A stretch of DNA of 64,000 nt from an uncultured Gammaproteobacteria bacterium (GTDB lineage: Bacteria > Patescibacteriota > Microgenomatia > UBA10105 > UBA927), in the NCBI GenBank assembly GCA_964639945.1, contig CAZXHY010000002.1, positions 183-64,182 of the forward strand, given 5' to 3'. Positions within the stretch are counted from its first letter, which is position 1. Each line of letters begins with the position of its first letter. A model generated the notes under the pieces. That model saw only the letters and a list, made by a program, of their open reading frames with translations, searched no databases and had not been told where the DNA came from. Shown here one piece after another: positions 9,786-18,596 of this stretch. Both the position numbers and the translations under genes were made by a program.

Positions 9786-11424
9786 ATATCATTTGGTAAA
9801 CATTGTATCGCACGGTACTATCTACCAACTTGGCTTCTTTAGGCAAATCTCGCGACCCAACATACCTCTTGTCTACTACAAACATCTTTTGGCTCGCCTT
9901 TCTGCCCATGAGCGACTCGCCAGTACTTCCCCAAGTAGTGACGCCATTAAATGTTTCAGGCATCCTCGCAGGATATAATTCTATAAAATAAAGCATTTCA
10001 TACGTGTACGGGCTTTCATACGTTCCTTCGTGGTATTTATATACAACGAGATCATATGGGTCTTCCTTGGCATGGTGAGCGATCATCCACGACACCGTTT
10101 TTAAGTCTTTATACGCCCAGTCAACTTCGCTATGTTTCCATAAATAATCTCGTATCACCACCATGTTGAGAAAGGTAAATATATATATACACACGACCAC
10201 AACTACTCTCCATACAAATGTTCGCTGCTGCAGCGCTCGCACACAAAAATACGCAAAACAAAGCAAAAACATGGGCAACGCAAATACCATATTATTCATT
10301 CGTGAAAAATCATTAATCACCTGATCCACGTACAAGTACTCCACAAACATAGCTACCGGTAAACACATAAGCCACCATGAAATCACAAGCGGCCAGTATT
10401 TCCCATTCGCGACATGCTCAAGCTCCATCTTCTTTCTATTTAGAAAACGAGTGTTGAGCACATAGACTCCAGTGCCTACCCACGTAGTAAAAAGTGCTAA
10501 CGGCCATATGCGAGACCCCACATATTCCAATATCGCTTTTATATACAGTTCAGAAAGGATCGAAACACCTAGGGCAGATTTTACAAATCCCCACATACCA
10601 TCACCAATCGAGGATATAGTCGGGAGTGACGTGTATGCCACATGAGACAACGCCTTCACCATGCGAAAATTCTCAAACACTTCAGTAAGCACAGTTGGCG
10701 CGATTGGAACGAAAGCAAATATAGCAAGCAGCGCTAGCTGAAACCACCCACGTGGCAAACTAGGCTTATAAAAAAACAGTGCAGCTCCAAAAAATACTAA
10801 GGGCACAAATCCAGAGTCATGCACCTGTGAACCGAGAGACATCGATAAAATAAGCGGATACCACCAAATCACTTTTCCGCCAATAACTCGTAAAAAACTT
10901 ACGAGCGACAATAAAGAAAAAAATGGCACCATACTCGGCGTCCATATCCACCTACTGTACGCTGACAACCAAAACGATATTGCCCCAAAAAAAGCAGCGA
11001 CCACACCTACCGCCCTACTTCCAAACAGCAAAACTCCTGCATCATAGAGCATGTAGACAACACACAGACCCAAAAGTATCAAAAATAACACCACGCCATA
11101 CGGCTCAAACTGTGCAATCACAGCAGCTGGTAACAGTAAGTAATAGTACGCGATTCCGTGATAGATGGGATTAGACTCTTCAGGGGCTAAATATGAAGAT
11201 CTATACGTCCCCATTTGTCCTTTTATGGGTAAATTTTGTAGATTTCCTGACGACATATCTCTCCAGATTGTACGAACGGAAAGCATATCGTCGACCTGCT
11301 CTTTCCAAAACGGTATGTACACATTGGATTGATATAGTCGTATGAACGCAGATAGCAATAAAACACCTATCAATATCCACTGATATATCTGTATACCCCT
11401 CATTCGCCACATGTATTTGCGCAT
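9772..11424 (-). CDS. Polytopic membrane glycosyltransferase, GT-C fold (ArnT/PMT-like, lipid-carrier dependent), embedded in the Cys/His-rich array
   Basis: 550 aa with more than 10 predicted TM helices. The acidic DD motif (KEQVDDML) sits in the first extracytoplasmic loop after TM1, as in GT-C enzymes. The soluble C-terminal domain overlaps the downstream gene by 14 nt. Confidence 0.65.
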   Translation of the reverse strand: MRKYMWRMRGIQIYQWILIGVLLLSAFIRLYQSNVYIPFWKEQVDDMLSVRTIWRDMSSGNLQNLPIKGQMGTYRSSYLAPEESNPIYHGIAYYYLLLPAAVIAQFEPYGVVLFLILLGLCVVYMLYDAGVLLFGSRAVGVVAAFFGAISFWLSAYSRWIWTPSMVPFFSLLSLVSFLRVIGGKVIWWYPLILSMSLGSQVHDSGFVPLVFFGAALFFYKPSLPRGWFQLALLAIFAFVPIAPTVLTEVFENFRMVKALSHVAYTSLPTISSIGDGMWGFVKSALGVSILSELYIKAILEYVGSRIWPLALFTTWVGTGVYVLNTRFLNRKKMELEHVANGKYWPLVISWWLMCLPVAMFVEYLYVDQVINDFSRMNNMVFALPMFLLCFAYFCVRALQQRTFVWRVVVVVCIYIFTFLNMVVIRDYLWKHSEVDWAYKDLKTVSWMIAHHAKEDPYDLVVYKYHEGTYESPYTYEMLYFIELYPARMPETFNGVTTWGSTGESLMGRKASQKMFVVDKRYVGSRDLPKEAKLVDSTVRYNVYQMIYAKK

Positions 11425-11428
11425 AATG

Positions 11429-12697
11429 TTAGTATTTCAACGTTTTCCCATCCAAACAAGCATTTCTATATAGTACCGATACCTGCTCACAAATTTGATT
11501 CTTTTCATTTTTTGTTTTTCGCTCTTCCAAAACGCCTCCTATAATCGAAAAGCATCGAAGCTGCTCAGATACATCAAGGCTTTGACATAACTGTATACCT
11601 GTTTTTACGTTTGGCTCGACAAACACTGATGATCGTATAAGTCCAGCGATACAAGCGAAATACATATCTGGCTCTGCCAGCTTACAAAATGCTTGAATTT
11701 CTTGTAAATATTCTTCTTTATGTTGATACACATAAAATATATTCTGCCCTATACCACTTACACATGTCTCTCTATACAACTCGGGGACTTGTCTACAGAC
11801 GCTAAACGATTTTTGGTTATCTTGTGCCCTACTGTACTCATACGAACCCGCACGATCATAACAATATGCATCGTATGGAGACCATAACGCGCCACACCAC
11901 ATTGGATTGTTATTAGGAATTTGTTGCGGAGCTTGCGCAAACGTCGCCGCTTCATACATTTCCATAAAAACCCCAGCTGCACATCCAATACGCCCTTCTG
12001 GAATGATCTGATCACAAAGCTTAAGTGATTCAACCAAATTGTATGCTGACACGTCCGCAACTGCATGCCCCACCTCATGGAAACACCCTCCTTGTGCTTC
12101 ACGATTTCCTGCCCAATCGACACCATCTATGCATAGCGTTGTTATTGTGCTTTTTAAATCATTTCCCATTCCATACCATGCAGAAACCGCTCCGTGCTGA
12201 CAACCGGACACGCACGCATTGGTACACTGAGGTAAAGTTATTTGCACACGACGACTTGTCATAGTACCCGCCCAGCCAATCGCATGAGCAAGATCATGAC
12301 ATTGCGTAAAATTTCTACCTGTTGTTTGTGCGTCTAACCGACGCGTAAGCGCTTGCATAAACGTCCTCGTCCCCCACTTAGGCATATCTGCCAGAAGTTT
12401 TTTTTGTGCACAAATCATAAATTTTGTTCGGTCCGCATCATTACCCCTAAAGCACTGCTCTATCGCGTGTTGCAATGCTAGATCTGCTCCGATTACTCGC
12501 CACTCAATAGGGCGTGGTCCAAATCGATATGAGAAGTTATTAAATGCTACAAACCCACTCACAATTGAAAAAAGGCATACTACACCTATTAAAAATTTCG
12601 ATGGAAAAAAATTCATTCGTTTCATTATACTCGAGTGCCACGAGGGAATATGTATGCTACTGAATAAAATCCGTCTGCACTTCATACACACAAGCAT
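11429..12697 (-). CDS. Cys/His-rich paralog family member 9 (422 aa; true start possibly at internal MKRMNFF, nt 12625)
   Basis: Carries CHDLAHAIGW, SGCQHGAVSA, CFHEVGHAVAD, CAAGVFMEMY. The TM anchor FLIGVVCLFSIVSGFVAF follows the internal Met. Confidence 0.8.
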   Translation of the reverse strand: MLVCMKCRRILFSSIHIPSWHSSIMKRMNFFPSKFLIGVVCLFSIVSGFVAFNNFSYRFGPRPIEWRVIGADLALQHAIEQCFRGNDADRTKFMICAQKKLLADMPKWGTRTFMQALTRRLDAQTTGRNFTQCHDLAHAIGWAGTMTSRRVQITLPQCTNACVSGCQHGAVSAWYGMGNDLKSTITTLCIDGVDWAGNREAQGGCFHEVGHAVADVSAYNLVESLKLCDQIIPEGRIGCAAGVFMEMYEAATFAQAPQQIPNNNPMWCGALWSPYDAYCYDRAGSYEYSRAQDNQKSFSVCRQVPELYRETCVSGIGQNIFYVYQHKEEYLQEIQAFCKLAEPDMYFACIAGLIRSSVFVEPNVKTGIQLCQSLDVSEQLRCFSIIGGVLEERKTKNEKNQICEQVSVLYRNACLDGKTLKY

Positions 12698-13667
12698 CGT
12701 AACGCTCTGGAAGCACCTGACGACAATAATCTTGAATATTCACTCTTTGTGCTTGAGTGAGCGGGTACACAAAATATAGTCCGCGACCGATAAATGTTAA
12801 ACAATCAAATTGATATTCTTGTGGTTCCTTTCTGCATATAGCGATAGCAGCATCGAGATTTTGTGTTCGGGTATATTCAAAAAATCCTGACGCAGCATAA
12901 CAAACCTCATCATACGGCGCCTCAAACCGTGCGCACCAATTTGGTCTATCCTGTGGTAGCTCTCGAAGCACGCCGTTACTATACTCTGTCCCATCGTATA
13001 CCTCCATAAATACACCAGAACCGCAATTAGACCTATCCTTCATATCATATATATTGCAATACTCAAGCGAGCGCAGTACGTCATATGATCCCATGGGGGT
13101 AATAGCGTGCCCAATTCCATGAATGCAAGAATATTTCTTCTCTCCGGAAATACCAGGGGTCAAACAAATCGAAGTAAAATTCTTGCCTAATGATTCACCC
13201 TTGGTGACCCACCCTACCGAAGCACCATGGAAGCATCCTGACTGACAAAGATCAGTGCACGCCGTAAGTATCTCTTTCATACCGACACCCAACAACACCG
13301 CATTCTTTCCAAGTTGATGTGTGACATCATGACACCGAGTTACCGCTAGATCAGTCTTGGGCTGTGTAGCTCGCCTTTCCGTAGTAGCAATAACAAGGGG
13401 CTCCAATCCCCAACGAGGAATTTCCTTTGATATCTCATTGCTGAGGCATCGAACGATGGCAGATCTATGCTTAGGCAAATCACACACCGTAACGATTCGA
13501 GCCATTGCAGCGTTTGCTCCTGCTTGGCGTACGCGTGCGCTATGTGGTCCGATTCGAATAGAAAATGACCAAAATATCAGAAATCCTAACGAAAAAACAA
13601 TAATAGTAGCCACCACAAAAAATCCTACGCGCCGAACGTGCATTCGGCTATCCATGAAGTTGTGCAT
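12657..13667 (-). CDS. Cys/His-rich paralog family member 10 (336 aa)
   Basis: TM anchor. Carries CHDVTHQLGK, SGCFHGASVG, CIHGIGHAIT, CGSGVFMEVY. Sister of 11429..12697. Confidence 0.85.
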   Translation of the reverse strand: MHNFMDSRMHVRRVGFFVVATIIVFSLGFLIFWSFSIRIGPHSARVRQAGANAAMARIVTVCDLPKHRSAIVRCLSNEISKEIPRWGLEPLVIATTERRATQPKTDLAVTRCHDVTHQLGKNAVLLGVGMKEILTACTDLCQSGCFHGASVGWVTKGESLGKNFTSICLTPGISGEKKYSCIHGIGHAITPMGSYDVLRSLEYCNIYDMKDRSNCGSGVFMEVYDGTEYSNGVLRELPQDRPNWCARFEAPYDEVCYAASGFFEYTRTQNLDAAIAICRKEPQEYQFDCLTFIGRGLYFVYPLTQAQRVNIQDYCRQVLPERYDACVYEVQTDFIQ

Positions 13668-13693
13668 ATGGGAAGAAAAAAACAGAAACTACT

Positions 13694-14407
13694 TCAATAA
13701 ACACGATAAAATCCAACAATCGTTCCATCACAGGATATCGCATATGCACCCTGATTTTGGGAAAGTAGCACAGAAACCATTTGCTTTGGCGTCAGCGTTT
13801 TGGATACCTGATCAAACATAACCGTGTGTTCTCCTGTTGCAGTGCTTACGACAGACAAATTCTGTCCCTGCTTTACTCGAATAAACGGAGGGTTTATTTC
13901 ACAGGTATCGGCTACTGTGATACTTTTTACATTTACTGCCAACGTGTTGATTGCTTCAACAAATACTTTTTTTTCTTCATCTGTGGCTCCCTGCAACGGC
14001 ATACTTATGAAACTTCCTCGCACAACAACAAGCTTCGTGTTTGCTGCTGGGGCAACTGTTGTGTTCTTTTCATTGGTAAATGTTGGCCATTTCCAAACCA
14101 TGGACACTTTTGGCAATGCAATTGTCGGCATCAGGCTTCTTATTTTATCAGTGTTAATGGATATACGAGGCAAGGATGGTAAAATTGGCATATGGGCAGC
14201 GACATATTCACCGCTCAAATTCCCTAAATAAAATACAAATACATATACTATTCCCCATCCCAACCATTTTAAAATTCTGCGCCACATTGGAATACGGGTG
14301 GACACATCAGAAACATTTTTTGATAGAGCGCCTAACCGAGAAATATTATTCTTTCCTACAGCGAGATTAGAACGATTACGCATTTGTTTTTTTATCATAC
14401 ATTTCAC
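13694..14407 (-). CDS. Hypothetical membrane-anchored protein (237 aa)
   Basis: Long ORF with a single TM segment (WLGWGIVYVFVFYLGNL) and a C-terminal extracytoplasmic domain. No recognisable motifs. Confidence 0.6.
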   Translation of the reverse strand: MKCMIKKQMRNRSNLAVGKNNISRLGALSKNVSDVSTRIPMWRRILKWLGWGIVYVFVFYLGNLSGEYVAAHMPILPSLPRISINTDKIRSLMPTIALPKVSMVWKWPTFTNEKNTTVAPAANTKLVVVRGSFISMPLQGATDEEKKVFVEAINTLAVNVKSITVADTCEINPPFIRVKQGQNLSVVSTATGEHTVMFDQVSKTLTPKQMVSVLLSQNQGAYAISCDGTIVGFYRVY

Positions 14408-14442
14408 TCATTTACCACAACTTAATCCATAGTATATCACGA

Positions 14443-15057
14443 CTATTGTATAGTCAATTTTGTAATAATCGAGTGACCAAAATAATCACTTGCTAAAGCA
14501 TCTTTGGGACTATCGAGGCTAGTAATATTTAACTGCCCGTCTCCATTGTCATGGTACAGCGCCACATATAAAGAAGACCCACTGCGAAATGTTGACACAT
14601 CTTTGTATACCATGTGCGCATTGTCGGCTTTCAACTGAATATTGGTGTACACACCCGGAAGCAGCAAACCAGATGCTGCGACAGGGTCTCGCATACCAGA
14701 ATCATACTCTACACCCAAAAATAAAACGAGGTATCCTGACTTCTGTAACATAGCCTTCCCCACCACATACTGATTTCGGTCAAATTCCTTACTTGAGTAT
14801 GTGATATATTCTGACCGAAAAATATGTCTACTTATAAGCTGTCGCCAAGCAAACCATGTGTCGTTTGAGAGAAATAAGAAAAAAAGAAACACTGTTACGA
14901 GCGAAATGGTGCTAGAAATCAAAAAAATGACGAGCCATGACTTGGGCCCATCAGCCTTTAGCTGACTTACACGCTGCTTCTCAGGGGCGACTCCCCCACT
15001 CATGGCTGTTTGAGTGACGGGTGTTATCGGTGATACAACCGGTACAGGTTCAGGCAT
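14443..15057 (-). CDS. Membrane-anchored protein with a Pro/Val-rich N-terminal tail (204 aa); paralog of 15064..15675
   Basis: N-terminus MPEPVPVVSPITPVTQ, one TM helix, and a ~130-aa C-terminal domain. Architecture is shared with the adjacent gene. Confidence 0.6.
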   Translation of the reverse strand: MPEPVPVVSPITPVTQTAMSGGVAPEKQRVSQLKADGPKSWLVIFLISSTISLVTVFLFFLFLSNDTWFAWRQLISRHIFRSEYITYSSKEFDRNQYVVGKAMLQKSGYLVLFLGVEYDSGMRDPVAASGLLLPGVYTNIQLKADNAHMVYKDVSTFRSGSSLYVALYHDNGDGQLNITSLDSPKDALASDYFGHSIITKLTIQ

Positions 15058-15063
15058 ATAGCA

Positions 15064-15675
15064 TTATTTAGTAACTCCAATTACAGTTTTTGCAAAAATT
15101 CTATCTCCATTCTTATCGGTAACAAAAATTGGATTTTTAAATTCACCAGATCCATCAGTATCATATGCGATGGTAACTATGACCTGTGTTTTGGGAGGTA
15201 ACGCTGGTTGATCCGTCGTACCGTCAAGGTTAGTCATCGTAATGTTAGGTATCCGGATAGTTGCGTTTGACACAGTACCTTGGGGTAAATAATCAGAAAC
15301 ACCAAAAACCTCATTGCAGTTTTTATCATTGGGGAAATACACCGCAGAGACGACGATCCATCCAGGCTTTCGAAGTCGTGCTTTGTGCACGATAATATCA
15401 AAATAATCATCTCCCATCACCCCCGCATCAGCCACGATATATTCACGCCCCGTTATATATTGGGCCACAACGCCTTTCCACCAATACCACGGTTCCAAAG
15501 GCATAATGACCAAAATAGTCAAAAGCAAGATAATATTCACTAATCCAGAAACAATCCATGGCGTCAACCATCTCACAGTCACAGGGGGAGTATTTTTTGA
15601 AACAGCGCTAACTGCCGGTGAAGCATTTACCAAAGAAGAAGCAACTGGAACCACAGGAGTAGCGGGCGCGTCCAT
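15064..15675 (-). CDS. Membrane-anchored protein with a Pro/Ala/Val-rich N-terminal tail (203 aa); paralog of 14443..15057
   Basis: N-terminus MDAPATPVVPVASS...PPVTVRW, one TM helix, and a C-terminal beta-rich-looking domain. Confidence 0.6.
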   Translation of the reverse strand: MDAPATPVVPVASSLVNASPAVSAVSKNTPPVTVRWLTPWIVSGLVNIILLLTILVIMPLEPWYWWKGVVAQYITGREYIVADAGVMGDDYFDIIVHKARLRKPGWIVVSAVYFPNDKNCNEVFGVSDYLPQGTVSNATIRIPNITMTNLDGTTDQPALPPKTQVIVTIAYDTDGSGEFKNPIFVTDKNGDRIFAKTVIGVTK

Positions 15676-15758
15676 AGTGGATTCAATCGTACCTTGGTAA
15701 TCGTCGTATTGTCAATTTAGCCATCTACGATTTACACTCGAATTGGCTACGCTTTCCC
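15676..15758. promoter_or_regulatory. Divergent intergenic region. Likely holds promoters for the long minus-strand operon (15675 down to 646) and the plus-strand GT-C gene
   Basis: This is the only non-coding gap of more than 80 nt between divergently oriented gene starts in this part of the window. It contains ttgtca...tacact-like elements, and no hexamers were confidently assigned. Confidence 0.25.
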
Positions 15759-17354
15759 TTGCTCAACGACAACTCTATGAAACAACAAAAAAATACCACC
15801 CTTGTTCATTGGATTTTTTTTATACTTCTTATCTTTAGTATCGGATTTCACTTCTCATTTCTCTCTTCTCTGTACAGATTGGATGATGGAGACACCGCAC
15901 GAGATTATATGGTAGCCAGACATATAGCGCTGTATCAGCAATACCCCACAATAGGACCCAACAATGCTATATACGATTCTGCGCGAGCCAGCCCGCTCTA
16001 CTACTATCTCCTCTCAATCCCAATCCTTATAAATGACAGCATCTACAGTATAGGAGTGCTTAACATTTTATTACAGGCGCTCAGCATCCTCTTTCTTTAT
16101 GCATTAGCGTATATACTTTTTGGACCCACGACAGCGATCCTTACTGCCCTACTACTCTTGTTGAACCAAGAACTTTTCTCTCAATCATTCTATATGATAC
16201 AAGCCCATTTTGGTCATGTTTTTTTTAATGGAAGCTATGCATTTTTAGCATATAGTTACATACGAAAATCACGCATATCGCTCTATATATCTGCGATATT
16301 TTTTTCTTTAGGTTGCATTGTTTCCTTTCATGGTTTTCCGGCGCTGCTCGGATACCTCATTATCATTTATCTTATTTTACGATCACAAAAAGCATCATTA
16401 CAGCGCATCCTTTCTGTGTATGGAACCATGGCATTACTTGTATTATTCTTTTATACACCAACGCTCATAAATATAATCACCTCACGCAACGCATTGTTTC
16501 TAGTGAAAGAACCAGTATATATACAAACACTCAATGACTTCCCAATTCGCGTGATCAGTAATATACGTCTTGCCTTAAACGACTGGATGACATCACTCTG
16601 GCTTCTTCCTCAAATAAAAAATGCGTTGCTTGGGATACTCTGTGTCAGCCTCATACGATTCATGATCTGGGAAAAGACAAAATTAACCCGCATAATCACC
16701 ATTGTTATATTGGCGTATCTTTCCCAAGTTGGATTTTTTGCCGCGCTACTACGCACAGAAACCAACTCTTATCAATACGACGCAATAACGGGACTTGCCG
16801 TGATACTACTCGCATTCTCCGCAGGCTCTACTTGGCCAAAAAATCTTTTTGGTCGCATAGCAAGCATGCTATCAATCATCGGCCTCATGTTCTTGGTCAT
16901 ACCTACACATGGATATATACAATGGCAACAGTTACAAATGTCTCAACCTCAAAAATTAGAATCAAAGCTCGAACCATTGTTTCGCTATATAGATGAACAA
17001 AAAGTCATTCACCCAACCGACTGGAGCAAACGATTTCAAATTGCCATGTATAATGGTCGCGCGAACATGTATCACTGGAAAGAGTCGGTTATTTGGAATG
17101 CACTAGAACATCGATATACCACGCCGTTCGTTCGAGTAGTCAACACTGGCTACAATTACACGCCGCTTGCCACCAGTGAGACTCGGTATATTCTCATATG
17201 TGAAGAATATACATCTCTCCAAGACGCAACAAATCGATGTATCTCTTCATTCATGCAAAAGCGTGAGGATTCAACATACGTAATTCGCGTGATTTCTGAT
17301 AATAGCCCTCATGGATATATCATATATACAGCACAGCACGATCCCGCTAAATGA
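15759..17354 (+). CDS. Polytopic membrane glycosyltransferase, GT-C fold; paralog of 18597..20279
   Basis: 531 aa with about 12 TM helices. The DDGD motif (YRLDDGDTARDYMVARH) follows TM1. Confidence 0.65.
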   Translation: MLNDNSMKQQKNTTLVHWIFFILLIFSIGFHFSFLSSLYRLDDGDTARDYMVARHIALYQQYPTIGPNNAIYDSARASPLYYYLLSIPILINDSIYSIGVLNILLQALSILFLYALAYILFGPTTAILTALLLLLNQELFSQSFYMIQAHFGHVFFNGSYAFLAYSYIRKSRISLYISAIFFSLGCIVSFHGFPALLGYLIIIYLILRSQKASLQRILSVYGTMALLVLFFYTPTLINIITSRNALFLVKEPVYIQTLNDFPIRVISNIRLALNDWMTSLWLLPQIKNALLGILCVSLIRFMIWEKTKLTRIITIVILAYLSQVGFFAALLRTETNSYQYDAITGLAVILLAFSAGSTWPKNLFGRIASMLSIIGLMFLVIPTHGYIQWQQLQMSQPQKLESKLEPLFRYIDEQKVIHPTDWSKRFQIAMYNGRANMYHWKESVIWNALEHRYTTPFVRVVNTGYNYTPLATSETRYILICEEYTSLQDATNRCISSFMQKREDSTYVIRVISDNSPHGYIIYTAQHDPAK

Positions 17355-18588
17355 TTTCTTTTCTCAAAAAGAGAGACTTCCAAAGATATATAAGGCTTCC
17401 TAACGAAATAATCCCTGCCAACACTACTGTGCTATCTATCCCCTGTCTATGTTCTCCAAAAAACGGAATACCGGTAAATCCATAAAACACAACAAGATTT
17501 AAAATATTTATTGAATCTACAACACGAAGAATAAGATAATTTTTTCGCGTTGGATGGAAAAGGTATAGGAGCAACGCGACAATACTTCCAAGTATGAAGT
17601 GATTTTCATGAACACCAAAACTGAATAAGTAATACACGAGTGCCCCAAGCAGACAACTATGTAATAAATCCTCCTCTCGAGTTTTTTTGTGTGCATGTCT
17701 AAACACTTGCCAGCAGACCAACGCATAGCTCATCGAAAAAATGGTTAACTGCACCCAAGCCCAACTTTGTGTCGGTAACGCGTCGGTAGTGGCAACAACT
17801 CGAACAAAAGGTAAATTTTGTATTACCCACGAGATGTTTAACGCGTACGTTGCAGTATGCAACAGCACGTTTCTCAATGAGAGCAATAATCCCGCTCCCA
17901 CATCTTGGGTGAACGGATACAGCGACAAAACTGAGACCACTAATCCACTTATAAACTCAGCCACTCTCATAATTCGACCCTTTGGGTTTGGCCCAGAAAA
18001 CACATATGTCAACATGATCGGAAGCAATATGATAGGCTGCCACTTTACAAGACAGCTTAAGCCAAACAAATATCCGCTCCAAAAAAGTCTTTTTTTCACC
18101 AAAAACAAAACGCTTAATACCAAAAAAGGAAAAGCTAAAATATCAGTATATGCCAGCCCTTGCGTGCTCAAAACCAGAGAAAACATACTCAAATACAAAA
18201 CAGTATTCTGCCAAATTGTTCGCTTTGCATCCCCCACAGAACGACTAAACCATGAAACAGCAATCAACGTAATGATATAAAACAACAAAATCAAAAGCTT
18301 CATGGAAATGAGAGTTCCAATGACTTGTACAGGAAATACTAATGAAAAAAGATAAAAAATAAGCGCATGTCCAAGAGGAAACTTGGTAAGAATCATGTTG
18401 CTTGGACAAAGATAATTGAGGCAATCAGGAATAAACGAATTCCCACGAATCAAAATGTCTTGAAAAATTACTTCCCAATTTCTCGCATCTACGGTTCCAC
18501 GAGAGGAAAAGAGAGCTATATGTATAGCAATCACCACAAGCACAATCGCCCACATTCCAAATCTCTGTATTGTTGTGTGTAATCTCAT
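17347..18588 (-). CDS. Polytopic integral membrane protein (413 aa), GT-C/DUF2029-like mannosyltransferase suspected
   Basis: About 10 TM helices and an acidic motif after TM1 (VDARNWEV). Overlaps the 3' end of 15759..17354 by 8 nt in convergent orientation. Confidence 0.5.
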   Translation of the reverse strand: MRLHTTIQRFGMWAIVLVVIAIHIALFSSRGTVDARNWEVIFQDILIRGNSFIPDCLNYLCPSNMILTKFPLGHALIFYLFSLVFPVQVIGTLISMKLLILLFYIITLIAVSWFSRSVGDAKRTIWQNTVLYLSMFSLVLSTQGLAYTDILAFPFLVLSVLFLVKKRLFWSGYLFGLSCLVKWQPIILLPIMLTYVFSGPNPKGRIMRVAEFISGLVVSVLSLYPFTQDVGAGLLLSLRNVLLHTATYALNISWVIQNLPFVRVVATTDALPTQSWAWVQLTIFSMSYALVCWQVFRHAHKKTREEDLLHSCLLGALVYYLFSFGVHENHFILGSIVALLLYLFHPTRKNYLILRVVDSINILNLVVFYGFTGIPFFGEHRQGIDSTVVLAGIISLGSLIYLWKSLFLRKEII

Positions 18589-18596
18589 ATACCTGA

